Shown here in pieces: positions 10,318 through 20,652 of a stretch of 64,000 nucleotides of DNA. The translations under genes were made by a program, and so were the position numbers. Under the pieces are notes generated by a model, which worked only from the letters and a program-made list of their open reading frames with translations, was not told where the DNA came from and made no database searches. Numbering within the stretch: the stretch's first letter is position 1; every line of letters starts with the position of its first letter. Source of the DNA: a virus (Duplodnaviria; Caudoviricetes); the IMG/VR virus record IMGVR_UViG_3300027816_000103, positions 1,676 to 65,675 of that record, one strand, 5' to 3'.

Positions 10318-12063
10318 TTATTTTAATTGCCATTTACCGTTTGTAAATATAGCTGTTTTTCCACTACCCAATGTTTTTGTATCTCCTTCTTTTGGAGCTC
10401 TAGATTGTTGTTGGGTTTGTTGCTGACCACCTTTAACAATAATAGTTTTATTTGTAGAAACATCTACTTCTGCTGCGTATGGTTTTTTCCCTTTGTCAAG
10501 TTCTTTTGCTTTTTTTGCTTGAATATCTAATGGCGCACCGCTAATAACTTTTCCAGACCTATCCTTTTTAGATATTGCTGTTGAAACATCTTTTGCAGGT
10601 ATATAAAATGGAACTTGTTTTTTACCCTTTTGTCCTGTTGCCTCATCAATTTCCTCCTCAATAAAATAACCAGAAGCATAAGTTTCGTGCCTTGTTTTTA
10701 AACCTGGCTTTCTTTTTTTCATTTGAGCAGTAACAATTCTTCCATCATCAGATGTCCCAGGGGCATTTATAACTTCGTAATTCTTAACTTCTGATATAAT
10801 TGCATTTTGAGCACCTTTTGTAGTTGATTTTGAAATCATTCCACCCTCTTTAGCCTGTGGATATAGAATTCTTGTTCCTGTATTTATTACTGTTTTAACA
10901 GGAGATTTAAAAGTGTAACCATTATACCCAACTATTTGTTCTTCATCAGTAACACCTCCTTTTTTCATAAAATCAACATTCTCAACTGATGGCTCTTCTG
11001 AAAGCATTTCTTCTGTTACAACTTCTTCTGTTCCTTCTGGCTTTCTCTTTGATGCTGTTTGAATTGTACTTTCTTGTTTCTTTGGGAACATTGATCTCAT
11101 CCTATTGAATATCATGTCCTCTGTTATATTTTTGCTATCAAAATATTTTTCCCTTTTTAACTGAACAGCCAAATCTTTTAAAGTTTGGTCTGGAACTTCT
11201 TGCATTTTTGTAGATACAATTTGGTCATAATTAGGGTCAGATTTATTAACTCCAAAAGTTTCAGCCAATCCATATTTAACAGGCACTATAGATTCATTAA
11301 TTGACTTTGATAAGTCATATTCAGCAGACATAGTTGCTATACTATTTGCAAGATTATATCCTTGAGGAGCTAATTTACCCTGCGCCATTCCAGATACCCC
11401 TGCATCAAAATCATCTAATGATTTTCTTAATTCTGGAGTAGCCACGAATCTTCCGCCCTCTATATCTTTTTCAATTTTTGCTTTTTCGTTAACTAAATAA
11501 TCTTCTTGTTCTTTTAGAGTATTGGCATCTCTAATCCAACTTTGAAATGACAAATCATTTTTTAATGCTTGCGCCCAATTATCACCATATTTTTTCTGAG
11601 AATTTGTAACCCAATTATTTAAACCATCAAAATAAACTTTATTTAATTCTTTTTGTACGGATGAATGTTTTGTTACAGGTGGAGCTCCATATAATTTATT
11701 AAAATCCTCTATTTGTTTTGCTTTCTTTAATGCTGCTGCTTCTAATGCTTTTTCCCGCGCATCTATTACAGTATAAGGAGTTAATCCTCCCCCTGGAGCA
11801 AATAAAGAAACAGTACCTATTGTAGGGCCAGAATAAGTACCCCGTAAGGTTCTTTCATTTAAATCAGGAAAATAATCTTGTGGTTTTAAATCTGGTGAAC
11901 CTGGAGCATTCATTTTTGCTATTTCTTCTGAAGAAGCAGTAGGCTCGTATGAATATATTCCATCTGTAGTTATTTTTCCTTCATCGCCTACTTTTGACTC
12001 TATACCATCAAGAACATTGTTTTCTGTGGTATTTGTAGCATTATTTTCTATTGGCTCTGCCAT
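10318..12063 (-). CDS. Putative internal virion/ejection protein
   Basis: 581-aa ORF between the pilot-like protein and the giant cargo gene. Confidence 0.55.
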   Translation of the reverse strand: MAEPIENNATNTTENNVLDGIESKVGDEGKITTDGIYSYEPTASSEEIAKMNAPGSPDLKPQDYFPDLNERTLRGTYSGPTIGTVSLFAPGGGLTPYTVIDAREKALEAAALKKAKQIEDFNKLYGAPPVTKHSSVQKELNKVYFDGLNNWVTNSQKKYGDNWAQALKNDLSFQSWIRDANTLKEQEDYLVNEKAKIEKDIEGGRFVATPELRKSLDDFDAGVSGMAQGKLAPQGYNLANSIATMSAEYDLSKSINESIVPVKYGLAETFGVNKSDPNYDQIVSTKMQEVPDQTLKDLAVQLKREKYFDSKNITEDMIFNRMRSMFPKKQESTIQTASKRKPEGTEEVVTEEMLSEEPSVENVDFMKKGGVTDEEQIVGYNGYTFKSPVKTVINTGTRILYPQAKEGGMISKSTTKGAQNAIISEVKNYEVINAPGTSDDGRIVTAQMKKRKPGLKTRHETYASGYFIEEEIDEATGQKGKKQVPFYIPAKDVSTAISKKDRSGKVISGAPLDIQAKKAKELDKGKKPYAAEVDVSTNKTIIVKGGQQQTQQQSRAPKEGDTKTLGSGKTAIFTNGKWQLK

Positions 12064-12076
12064 TTTTTATTTTATT

Positions 12077-12808
12077 TTAAACTTCACCACTTTTTTTTAG
12101 TTTTTCGCTTAAATTCTGTTCTCTTCTTGCTCTAATTTCATCAAATATACCTGTAAAGGCATTTTGAGGTGATAAATAATTTGTATCTCCTGTTTCCCCC
12201 CTAGTTAAATCTGCTCTTAAATTTTGATTTAATTGCTGTTGCATTTTCGCCCATTCAGCCATCTTTTGTTGACTTTGAGCTAATCCCAATTCCATTTTTC
12301 TTGCAGATATTAAATTACCCAAAGATATTTCTAATGGAGTTAACTGCGCCCTTCTTTCAGCAGCTTGACCATAGGCTTGATTTATCTGTTGCCCTCCAAC
12401 TCTTTGGGATTGCAGTAATCCTTGAAGCGCACCACCAACATCACCACCTGTTGACCTAACAATCCCTGCTTGAGTACCCGCTACATTTTGCATCGCTGTA
12501 TCTCTTGCTCCTTGAAACTCCGCTCCTGTCTCAAGAGACTTTTGCATTTGCTGTAATCTTGCAAGTTGAGCTAATTGTCTTGGGTCTTCATATTGTGGAA
12601 AAAGACTTTCGGCTTCTGTTTTTAATTTTTTAGCAGCTCTTGATTGCATAGGTCTTTTTATTAAAGAACCTAAAGAGCCTCCTATTTTTCCGCCTGTAGC
12701 AGCTCCGGCAGGACCTCCAATAGCTCCTCCAATAACAGAGCCTAATGCTTTACCCATAAATGGTGATGCTTCACCAACGTTTTGCATTTGATAAGGATCC
12801 ATAGACAA
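12077..12808 (-). CDS. Putative DNA pilot/ejection protein
   Basis: Gly/Ala-rich hydrophobic N-terminus (GGAIGGPAGAATGG) followed by a Gln-rich coiled coil. Confidence 0.6.
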   Translation of the reverse strand: MSMDPYQMQNVGEASPFMGKALGSVIGGAIGGPAGAATGGKIGGSLGSLIKRPMQSRAAKKLKTEAESLFPQYEDPRQLAQLARLQQMQKSLETGAEFQGARDTAMQNVAGTQAGIVRSTGGDVGGALQGLLQSQRVGGQQINQAYGQAAERRAQLTPLEISLGNLISARKMELGLAQSQQKMAEWAKMQQQLNQNLRADLTRGETGDTNYLSPQNAFTGIFDEIRARREQNLSEKLKKSGEV

Positions 12809-12832
12809 ATTTTTTGCTAATTTACAATTTTT

Positions 12833-15800
12833 TTACTGACCTTTCAATATTTTATATTGAATACCTGTATCAATAATCTTAAATTCTGATTCTTCATCGT
12901 GAATTATTTCAACAATAATTACCCTTTGCTGAAATCTTGGTCTATCAGGATTTATGCTTGCCAATATCCTTCCTATATATTGTTCAAATCCTCTATAGTT
13001 TTTCAAGTATAAACTTCCCTGCGAAGGGTCTAAGAATGTTTGAACTGAACCATCAATCTCTTTATAAAAATCAACTCTTGTTGGCTTTTGTGATTGGTCC
13101 TTTGTATTTATTCTTATTCTTATAAATTCTTTGTCGACAAATTGTTGTGGAGAAGCAGAAAAAGTAACAGAATATTTAACAGGATCTCCGTTTATAATAT
13201 ACCCTTGATTTAACTCGTAAGTCTCTAAATTTCTATGCCCATAAGTTTTAGTTCCTATTGCAGTTAATTTATCAAACTTAAAATCAAAAGTTCCAACCCA
13301 TCTTCCTGTTTTTTGACTAAACACAAACATATTGTCTACCTCTGGCCTTGGGCCTGCATTCTTCGCGTAAACCATATATCTTTGGTTTAAGTCATCATAA
13401 ACACCTGTTAGTGTGGCAACATACCCTGCGCTTATTTGAGTTATAAGTTTATCGTATAGCTTTGAATAATATTTAATTCTTCCAATGTCAACAACTTGAT
13501 TATCAACGAATCTGAATATTGAAGTATTATTCATAAAGAATATTCCCTCTTGCCTAACCTCTGAACCATCAGCTCCTATCATAGGTATAAATCCTTCTGC
13601 CTTTGCCCTCCACATTTCATCACTCATGCCTATATTTCTTGATAGCCAATATTGGTCTTTTATGAATGAATCTGATGCCATATATGCTAATTCCCCGCCA
13701 TCCAAATCAGAAAGTATAGATTTATTTGTAAGCAATAAGCATATACCTTTTTCTGTGAAAGCATACAAATTTTCACCTTTACCGGAGACAGCGCTATAAG
13801 CAAATTTAATCTCGCCTTGATTATCATCTATATCAAAAGCATTATTTGCAGGGAATGTTTTTAGTCCTGGAATATCTTGAGAATTTATAGCTCTTGGTAA
13901 GGACCACATTATTCTTGTGCAAAACTCTCTTTTCTCTACAAATCCAAAATCAGGCTTTGAAAAATATTCTTTTGGAGGCTCATTTGAATAATCTGGATTC
14001 ATTTGCTGAGTAAACCTAAATCCTCCCCACTTCCACCTATCTTTTTCATCAGCACCATAATCATCAACGTAATCTTGATAAATACCATTGTCAACTATTG
14101 ACTTTGTTTCATCCCACCTATTAGGCCTAATAACATAATTTATTAGCGGAAAGAATTGCAAAGGATATGTTGTGTTGTAAGCGTAAGAAGTCGATATTTT
14201 ACTTTCAACAGTAAACATAAAACACATTTGTCTTATGTAACCTAACCTTGTCCACAATTCATCTTGAATAACATTGAAAGTAGCTCCTGCCTCTCTTATA
14301 GTATAATACCTTGGATTTAACTTCCAAACCCTATAAGGAAATCCTATTCCAAAAGCAAATTGAGTTTCTGCAACATTACTATCTGCATCAGCTTCTCTGT
14401 CAATAGGGGAAAATATAGACTCTCCAATTACAGTATCTCCACCCATAACCCTAATAGGCATTGTCTTATCATATTTAACAACTACCCTATAATTTTGCAA
14501 TGGGTAATAATTCAATACATCAAAAACAATATTAAAAAACCTATTCTTGTTGTCATTAGTAGGGTTTCCATTAGAATCTACAACTTCATGAGTGTACATT
14601 CCCTGCACATTCGTTCCAAAAGGGCCTGTATAAGAACCAAAAGCAACTATGTCGGCATCTATTGTTGCAATTTGCAATGGAGTTAAAAATGTAACATTAA
14701 CCCATTTTTGCTCAATATTATTTGTGTCTCTTATGTAAATGTATCTTGGTATTGAAGCGAATGGAGAGCTTGGGTTATAATGAGGAATACAGTCTTCCCA
14801 TCTTTCATCAACTAATATAAATTTCTGTCCAGAAAAACCTGCTCCTTCTCCAATTATACTTTCAAGTTTTTGATAGTGGCCTGTTTGTTTATAAGAGTCA
14901 ATATTTACATCTGGAACATTTGCCCCTAAAGAAACAATATTCACAATATAAACAGGCTCTGTCCAAGCCTTCATCCCATCTTCATCAAAATTATTATTGA
15001 ATGTTCCTCCTGTATTTGCTACTCCGTATATATTGGTATTAAATTCAAGTTCAAGATAGTTTCCTCTTCCATCAGTTTTCCTTGAAACCTTTGCTAAATT
15101 AAATGCTGTATTTCCAGCCAATGGACCATTAAATGTTGGTGGTATTTGAGGAGTACCTCCGCCTGTGTTTCTCCATCTTGCATAGCCAACATAGTCATAT
15201 CCATCACCTCCATCTATACCCATATTTGGATCCTCATTTGGATTTAATTGTCCTCCAACTTCATCCCTAATAATTCTTGCATAAGAAATCATATCAACAA
15301 GCCTGTCTCTTCCTGTTATGGTTGCATTTTCAAAAGAATAAACTTCTGAAAAGAAGCCAAGTGGAGATACCAATTGAACCTCATAACTCTGAGGATTTGC
15401 AATAATATCATCTAATATGCTACTTGAAACAACTCCATTCTCTATATCTGGAGAAAAAAACCATAATTTATTTGTTTCTTTTGTTGCTAAGTTTCTATTT
15501 CCAATTCCTTGATAGTCTGCCGGAAGAAGTGCATAAGTTCCTAATCCTTGAGCGACAAATCTTCTTGCTGTGTCTGTTCTTACAACAGAAAATGCTTTTG
15601 CCCAGGAAGGAAAATTATCCACCCCTGCAACTACTAACCCTTGACCATAATAATTTGGCGCAAATCCTCTTGGCCTATAATCAGGACCAACTTCATTGCT
15701 ATCAACAGATATTTTTGTATTTACAACATAATTATGTCCATTTGTATCTGGATCTCCTGCCCTTACAGGAGTAAATGGCTGATAAGAAACTGAAACTAAT

Positions 15801-17356
15801 CCTGCTGTTACTTTTGCGCCATGAGATTCTATTTCTCCATTGTTTTCATCGCAGTCTTCATTAACCTTTACTGTTGACCTTGTGCCTGTTATACCAAGAA
15901 CAGAACCGCTCCTTATAATATTCTTAAAAGAGCAAACATCTGATTTTGCAACTCTATTTGTCAAATCAAATACCTCATGTGTCTGTCTTATATTGTTTTC
16001 ATTTGTGGCAGCAGTTACACTACCATTATATGAAAATGTTTGAGAGTCTACTGTTAATTCATCTCTTCTATTTGGAAAGTAGAAGTTTTCTAAAGTAGGT
16101 ATTTTTGTTACAAATCCTTTCCCGCCTATACCATCAAACAACTGAATTCCGAAACCACACTTTTCACCTCTAGGATAAGACTTCTTATAAGCGTGGTTAT
16201 ATGAATCATTATATCCTGCTGTACCTAAATTTTCAATAAATTCAAAACCTTCTTTTCCGTTATATTGCTCAAATGTTAAATCGGCTTCTTTAGAAGCAAT
16301 TTTAACATTCATCAATGTTAATCTTCTATCAATGTATCTTAATGTCTTTGCAGCTTCAATATACGATATTTCTCTTGTTTCTTCTTCTCCTGTTAAAACA
16401 ACATTATCTGTTGCTTGAACAGGATCTAAAAAATCTCTAACACTTATTTCTCCATTATTTATCCCAACTTTTGCAATCAGCACAGCGCTTGGAGTAAAGC
16501 CTATTCCCGCACCTGCATTTAATGCTGTTCTTTTTATTTCAATGAATTCATAGTTAAATACATTTGTAACCCTAAATCTTAATTTTATAGCATACCTTGT
16601 TTTTATCAAGGGGTCTGGTTGGCTACCATAAGTTTGAACATAAGGATATGTAGAACTTGAATTATTTAGATTTTGAACAACAGGTATTGGAGGAGTTGAA
16701 ACAGTCCAATTAGTTCTGTCTCCCTGCGCATTGGAATATCTTATAGAATATTGATACTGACCAACTGGAAGTCCACCTCCACCACCAACATTTACTAATT
16801 CAACAAACACAGGTATATCTAGCGGAATCTGTTGATTTATCTCATATTCCGCAGGGTTAAATCCTGCAAAATATTTTGTTGGATTTGTAATTACAGAATC
16901 AATTAAGTCTTCAACATTAAATATCATTGGAGGAGTTCTGAAGTTTGTTATATAAACTTCACCTCCTATACAATTTTCGTTTTTTTCTATCTGAAAATTC
17001 TCGTTAACTCTATAATCAAACAAAGGATTTTCAAGAACAACAATACCATTTACTCTAATTAAAGAATTTAATACTCCAGAACTATCTGCCCAAAATTCAA
17101 CAATATTTCCGTTAACACCGATAGATCCGATACACTCGTAACTAAATTGATTTGGATTATTGGCCTGATACTTTATTATCTCACCCTTTATCTTTTCATG
17201 GGACATCTCGTTCCCATTGTAAGATGTTGGCTGACCATTTATAGAGTCTATATATTCACCTGTTGCAGGTTGACCTCCAACCATCTCTGGGTCATTGTCT
17301 CTATTTGCACCAACACTAAATGTATTGATATGAGTATTTTGATTTTCAGGCTTCAT
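12833..17356 (-). CDS. Tail nozzle/stabilisation protein (P22 gp10 / T7 gp12 / crAss muzzle-like)
   Basis: 1507 aa, beta-rich; follows the ring genes and precedes the ejection genes. Confidence 0.65.
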   Translation of the reverse strand: MKPENQNTHINTFSVGANRDNDPEMVGGQPATGEYIDSINGQPTSYNGNEMSHEKIKGEIIKYQANNPNQFSYECIGSIGVNGNIVEFWADSSGVLNSLIRVNGIVVLENPLFDYRVNENFQIEKNENCIGGEVYITNFRTPPMIFNVEDLIDSVITNPTKYFAGFNPAEYEINQQIPLDIPVFVELVNVGGGGGLPVGQYQYSIRYSNAQGDRTNWTVSTPPIPVVQNLNNSSSTYPYVQTYGSQPDPLIKTRYAIKLRFRVTNVFNYEFIEIKRTALNAGAGIGFTPSAVLIAKVGINNGEISVRDFLDPVQATDNVVLTGEEETREISYIEAAKTLRYIDRRLTLMNVKIASKEADLTFEQYNGKEGFEFIENLGTAGYNDSYNHAYKKSYPRGEKCGFGIQLFDGIGGKGFVTKIPTLENFYFPNRRDELTVDSQTFSYNGSVTAATNENNIRQTHEVFDLTNRVAKSDVCSFKNIIRSGSVLGITGTRSTVKVNEDCDENNGEIESHGAKVTAGLVSVSYQPFTPVRAGDPDTNGHNYVVNTKISVDSNEVGPDYRPRGFAPNYYGQGLVVAGVDNFPSWAKAFSVVRTDTARRFVAQGLGTYALLPADYQGIGNRNLATKETNKLWFFSPDIENGVVSSSILDDIIANPQSYEVQLVSPLGFFSEVYSFENATITGRDRLVDMISYARIIRDEVGGQLNPNEDPNMGIDGGDGYDYVGYARWRNTGGGTPQIPPTFNGPLAGNTAFNLAKVSRKTDGRGNYLELEFNTNIYGVANTGGTFNNNFDEDGMKAWTEPVYIVNIVSLGANVPDVNIDSYKQTGHYQKLESIIGEGAGFSGQKFILVDERWEDCIPHYNPSSPFASIPRYIYIRDTNNIEQKWVNVTFLTPLQIATIDADIVAFGSYTGPFGTNVQGMYTHEVVDSNGNPTNDNKNRFFNIVFDVLNYYPLQNYRVVVKYDKTMPIRVMGGDTVIGESIFSPIDREADADSNVAETQFAFGIGFPYRVWKLNPRYYTIREAGATFNVIQDELWTRLGYIRQMCFMFTVESKISTSYAYNTTYPLQFFPLINYVIRPNRWDETKSIVDNGIYQDYVDDYGADEKDRWKWGGFRFTQQMNPDYSNEPPKEYFSKPDFGFVEKREFCTRIMWSLPRAINSQDIPGLKTFPANNAFDIDDNQGEIKFAYSAVSGKGENLYAFTEKGICLLLTNKSILSDLDGGELAYMASDSFIKDQYWLSRNIGMSDEMWRAKAEGFIPMIGADGSEVRQEGIFFMNNTSIFRFVDNQVVDIGRIKYYSKLYDKLITQISAGYVATLTGVYDDLNQRYMVYAKNAGPRPEVDNMFVFSQKTGRWVGTFDFKFDKLTAIGTKTYGHRNLETYELNQGYIINGDPVKYSVTFSASPQQFVDKEFIRIRINTKDQSQKPTRVDFYKEIDGSVQTFLDPSQGSLYLKNYRGFEQYIGRILASINPDRPRFQQRVIIVEIIHDEESEFKIIDTGIQYKILKGQ

Positions 17357-17365
17357 GTTTGTTTT

Positions 17366-18160
17366 TTACCTATTAGCACCCCAATCACCCCTGCCAAGAT
17401 AAGTTGCAAGTTCTTGTCTTTGAGAAGCATTCATTTTCTTTGCTCTATTAATAGCTTCTGTCCAACTTCCATTCATGGGATTGTTTAACCTATTATCATA
17501 TATCTTCCAAAGACTAATTAATCCTTGACTTGGCTCTTGACCCATTTTTTCCCGCAAAACGAATTCACAAACATAGTCTTCTATTGCTGTTCTAAATATT
17601 GCAGGTATCAATGGAGCTTCACCAAACTTACAGCCAAGGCCGTTATAATGCAACATAACCCTTTCTCCACCGCTTAAACATGAAGGAGAAAACATTACAA
17701 CACCATTTTGAATATTATAAAAATAAATTTGATCTACAGCGTTTCCTGCCTCTCTTCTCAATATTGGCTCGTATGTTCTTGGTCCAATATTGTGAGAAGG
17801 ATAATATGGGTCATTATGATTCTCCCACTTATCATTAGCTACATATCCTTTTCCTTGAGTGTAATAATTTCTTTTCCAATATACCTTTCTACTTTTTTCT
17901 ATATTACACTTTTGACCATTAAACAAATAAATATCGCGAATATTAAAACAATCCTCCGGCATTTGAAGGACTAAATCTTTTGGCATTTCAAAATCATTCC
18001 AAATCTCTTCAAAATAAGAATATATGGCAAGCTCCTCAACAGCTTTTTGAACAATAGAAATATATCCTGCCTTAGATTTAAACTCATAAGAAGAATCTCC
18101 AACAAGTGAAGACGCTTTGCTTATAATGATTTCGGGTGTGTGGTATCTTCCTGTGTTCAT
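17366..18160 (-). CDS. Putative tail ring/adaptor protein
   Basis: 264 aa; third of three similar-sized ORFs between capsid and nozzle. Confidence 0.55.
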   Translation of the reverse strand: MNTGRYHTPEIIISKASSLVGDSSYEFKSKAGYISIVQKAVEELAIYSYFEEIWNDFEMPKDLVLQMPEDCFNIRDIYLFNGQKCNIEKSRKVYWKRNYYTQGKGYVANDKWENHNDPYYPSHNIGPRTYEPILRREAGNAVDQIYFYNIQNGVVMFSPSCLSGGERVMLHYNGLGCKFGEAPLIPAIFRTAIEDYVCEFVLREKMGQEPSQGLISLWKIYDNRLNNPMNGSWTEAINRAKKMNASQRQELATYLGRGDWGANR

Positions 18161-18164
18161 TTTA

Positions 18165-18905
18165 TTATTCTTCTGGTTGTTCTGATGGAGCTTGGTTTAC
18201 ACTCATTACTTTCGGTGTTGATACAGGAGACTGCATAGCCGAATCCTCACCTAAATTAGCTCCATTTGAAGCAGGGAAGAAATAAGAAAACCTTGCAAGA
18301 TTTATAACTCTCATTTTTAACTGCTCAATAAGTTCATCTGGAAATTCTAAATCTTGGTCTATATCAATTTTATCAATAGGAGGAACGGTTGTATAAAGTC
18401 CAACCTCAACAGTTTGTATGTTTACTCTTTCGATTCCTAAAAAATAAACATAATCTCCTGCCCTATAAAAGTATGGATTTCTAGGTGATGGTACTGTATA
18501 TGGATCTTCAAATAAATTAGCAGCAGCAGCAGGGTCTGTCCTTGTAAATGTTTGCCTTGTGAAATCAGGCTCACAAATTGGGTCCTCTGAATAATTATAA
18601 GCTATGTAATGTATTCCTCTGTCTAAATCAAAATCAAATATTGATGCAGGTAGTACAATATGTTTTCTTCCCGCAATTCTATTTGGATTTCCCGCTTGAG
18701 ATGGAGTTAACTGATTTACAGGAATATTATTGAATATATTTAAAAATTGACCAGATCTTCTTTTTAGAATATGTTGACCCTTCAGAGTATTGGCACAAAG
18801 AATTATCCAATACACAATATTAGCATAAGAAATAGTTTTATCATCAAATGTTTGTTTGATTGTTAATTCAATTTCATCAGCAATATATCTTACTTTGGTT
18901 CCCAT
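18165..18905 (-). CDS. Putative tail ring/adaptor protein
   Basis: 246 aa; C-terminal DLEFPDEL resembles TLEFPDTM in the upstream ORF. Confidence 0.55.
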   Translation of the reverse strand: MGTKVRYIADEIELTIKQTFDDKTISYANIVYWIILCANTLKGQHILKRRSGQFLNIFNNIPVNQLTPSQAGNPNRIAGRKHIVLPASIFDFDLDRGIHYIAYNYSEDPICEPDFTRQTFTRTDPAAAANLFEDPYTVPSPRNPYFYRAGDYVYFLGIERVNIQTVEVGLYTTVPPIDKIDIDQDLEFPDELIEQLKMRVINLARFSYFFPASNGANLGEDSAMQSPVSTPKVMSVNQAPSEQPEE

Positions 18906-19663
18906 TAAATTCTAAATAAAGTTGATAATTGATTAATTTCATTATTCGTAACAATATATAGTGTTGTTTGGTCTCCTTGCTTATGAGAAATAAATCTCAA
19001 TGCTTGTTGAGTTAAAAAATCAAACATAGTGTCAGGAAACTCTAAAGTATCGTTTATTGTATTTATTTCTTCTGGAGATTTTAAATATGCAAGCGCAACT
19101 AATCTTCCCGCCACAGTTGGTCTGATTTCAAACTCAGGAGTAGATACACTATAAGTTGTAGAATTGTAGTCTGCCATATCTAAATACGCATACTCCTTTA
19201 ATTCTCCTTGCAAAGTACCATTACCTTGAATAAATATATTTTTCTTAGTTGAATTCCATTGTTCAAATGAAAGTCTTTTTGCAGATTTATCTGCTGATAT
19301 ATATGACAAGTTTGGTCTATAAATAGACTTCTCTGGAGCAGCAGGTATTACCCCCGCAAAACCATTCGCAGTTATATCAGGATAAATAGCAAGTAGTGTC
19401 CATAAATTATGTCCTGTATCAGCAGAATCATAATTAACTCTTGAGTATTGACTTGCTTGCCAAACTTTTACTCTTGTTAACTCCCTAAGAGATTCTGGAG
19501 ATATTTTATTGTCTGCAAAAGCTCTATTAAATACTGCTACCGAAAAGTTTATAGCATAATTGATAGCATAAACATAATCTTGAGCAAAAGTATATCTGTC
19601 GCTTCCTTCGGCATCCAATTGAGAGGCCATACTTGCGACAATATTATTTACAGGTATTGGCAT
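18905..19663 (-). CDS. Putative tail ring/head-tail adaptor protein (start re-called at 19663)
   Basis: The track start (19693) lies inside a terminator hairpin. The ATG at 19663 (MPIPVNN) follows a TATATTTG box. Confidence 0.6.
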   Translation of the reverse strand: MPIPVNNIVASMASQLDAEGSDRYTFAQDYVYAINYAINFSVAVFNRAFADNKISPESLRELTRVKVWQASQYSRVNYDSADTGHNLWTLLAIYPDITANGFAGVIPAAPEKSIYRPNLSYISADKSAKRLSFEQWNSTKKNIFIQGNGTLQGELKEYAYLDMADYNSTTYSVSTPEFEIRPTVAGRLVALAYLKSPEEINTINDTLEFPDTMFDFLTQQALRFISHKQGDQTTLYIVTNNEINQLSTLFRI

Positions 19664-19670
19664 TATACTG

Positions 19671-19678
19671 CAAATATA
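19671..19678 (-). promoter_or_regulatory. -7 promoter box TATATTTG
   Basis: TAnnTTTG immediately after a terminator and 7 nt before the ATG. Confidence 0.6.
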
Positions 19679-19708
19679 AAAAAATCCCCTCAAAAATTAA
19701 GGGGATTT
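19678..19708 (-). terminator. Intrinsic terminator
   Basis: Minus strand AAATCCCCT-loop-AGGGGATTT followed by a T run. Confidence 0.75.
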
Positions 19709-19729
19709 GTCTGATTATTATTATTTTAA

Positions 19730-20584
19730 TTAGTAACCATGTCTATCAATATCCTCTGCTAATTGCAAAGAATTCTTGATTTCCTGATTTCTCTTTAACA
19801 TTGAAGCGTTAAAAGTAGTATCATTCATTCCTGATTCTTCCTTCAACTCATTGTCAGTTAACCTTTCGATTAACTTTATCTTAGCTGCCGGTATGTTATC
19901 TGGAGTAAATTCAACACCATAAGTCTTACACATATCAATAACTCTAACAGCAGACATATCTTGCAACGCTTCTGAGAACTTAATGATTTTTGCTACTTTC
20001 TTATAGTCATTTTTATCCTTTACATCAGACCACTCCCAGAATTTAATTCCAAATTTGGTATGATTTCTTAACCAAGCTGATAACTTCTTGCTGTGACTTT
20101 TAAATACAGCATAGTTTATAATTTGGTCTGCCATTCCTGCATTAACAACTTTAGTATAAGCCAAAGTAAATGTAACAGGACCTATTGGAGACTGAACAGG
20201 AACCCCCATTCTTTTGTCATCACCAACAACAAAAGTTGTAGCATAAGTGTAAAACACATCAGCTTTTTCCAAAAAGTCTTTTGGGTCTATTGAGTCAGGA
20301 CTTTTATAGGCATTAGGATTATACTGTCCTTCGTTCTGTCTTTCTTGTGTTTTTGCAAGATTATTGATTGCACTTGCTAAATTTGAATCTTGAGATTGTG
20401 CAGGAGCAGCTACTGATATATTTTTAATTAGTGACTTTAACTCCTCAAGTTCTTTTGCTTGATTTTCAAGTTGAACTTTTAATGAATCTACTTCGTTTGA
20501 TTCTTTCTTTTCTTTCTTTTTAGGCGTTTCTTTATTTTCGTTTCCCCCGCCTATTGGTGGAAATAAATCTTTATCATCACTCAT
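19730..20584 (-). CDS. Hypothetical head-associated protein
   Basis: 284-aa ORF directly after the capsid gene. Confidence 0.6.
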   Translation of the reverse strand: MSDDKDLFPPIGGGNENKETPKKKEKKESNEVDSLKVQLENQAKELEELKSLIKNISVAAPAQSQDSNLASAINNLAKTQERQNEGQYNPNAYKSPDSIDPKDFLEKADVFYTYATTFVVGDDKRMGVPVQSPIGPVTFTLAYTKVVNAGMADQIINYAVFKSHSKKLSAWLRNHTKFGIKFWEWSDVKDKNDYKKVAKIIKFSEALQDMSAVRVIDMCKTYGVEFTPDNIPAAKIKLIERLTDNELKEESGMNDTTFNASMLKRNQEIKNSLQLAEDIDRHGY

Positions 20585-20610
20585 TTGTTTTATTTTTAAT
20601 TGTTAATATA

Positions 20611-20640
20611 AAAAAGGAGGGGAAATAAATCCCCTCCTAT
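20611..20640 (-). terminator. Intrinsic terminator after the capsid gene
   Basis: Minus strand AGGAGGGGA-TTTATT-TCCCCTCCT-TTTTT. Confidence 0.8.
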
Positions 20641-20652
20641 TATTTTGACTTC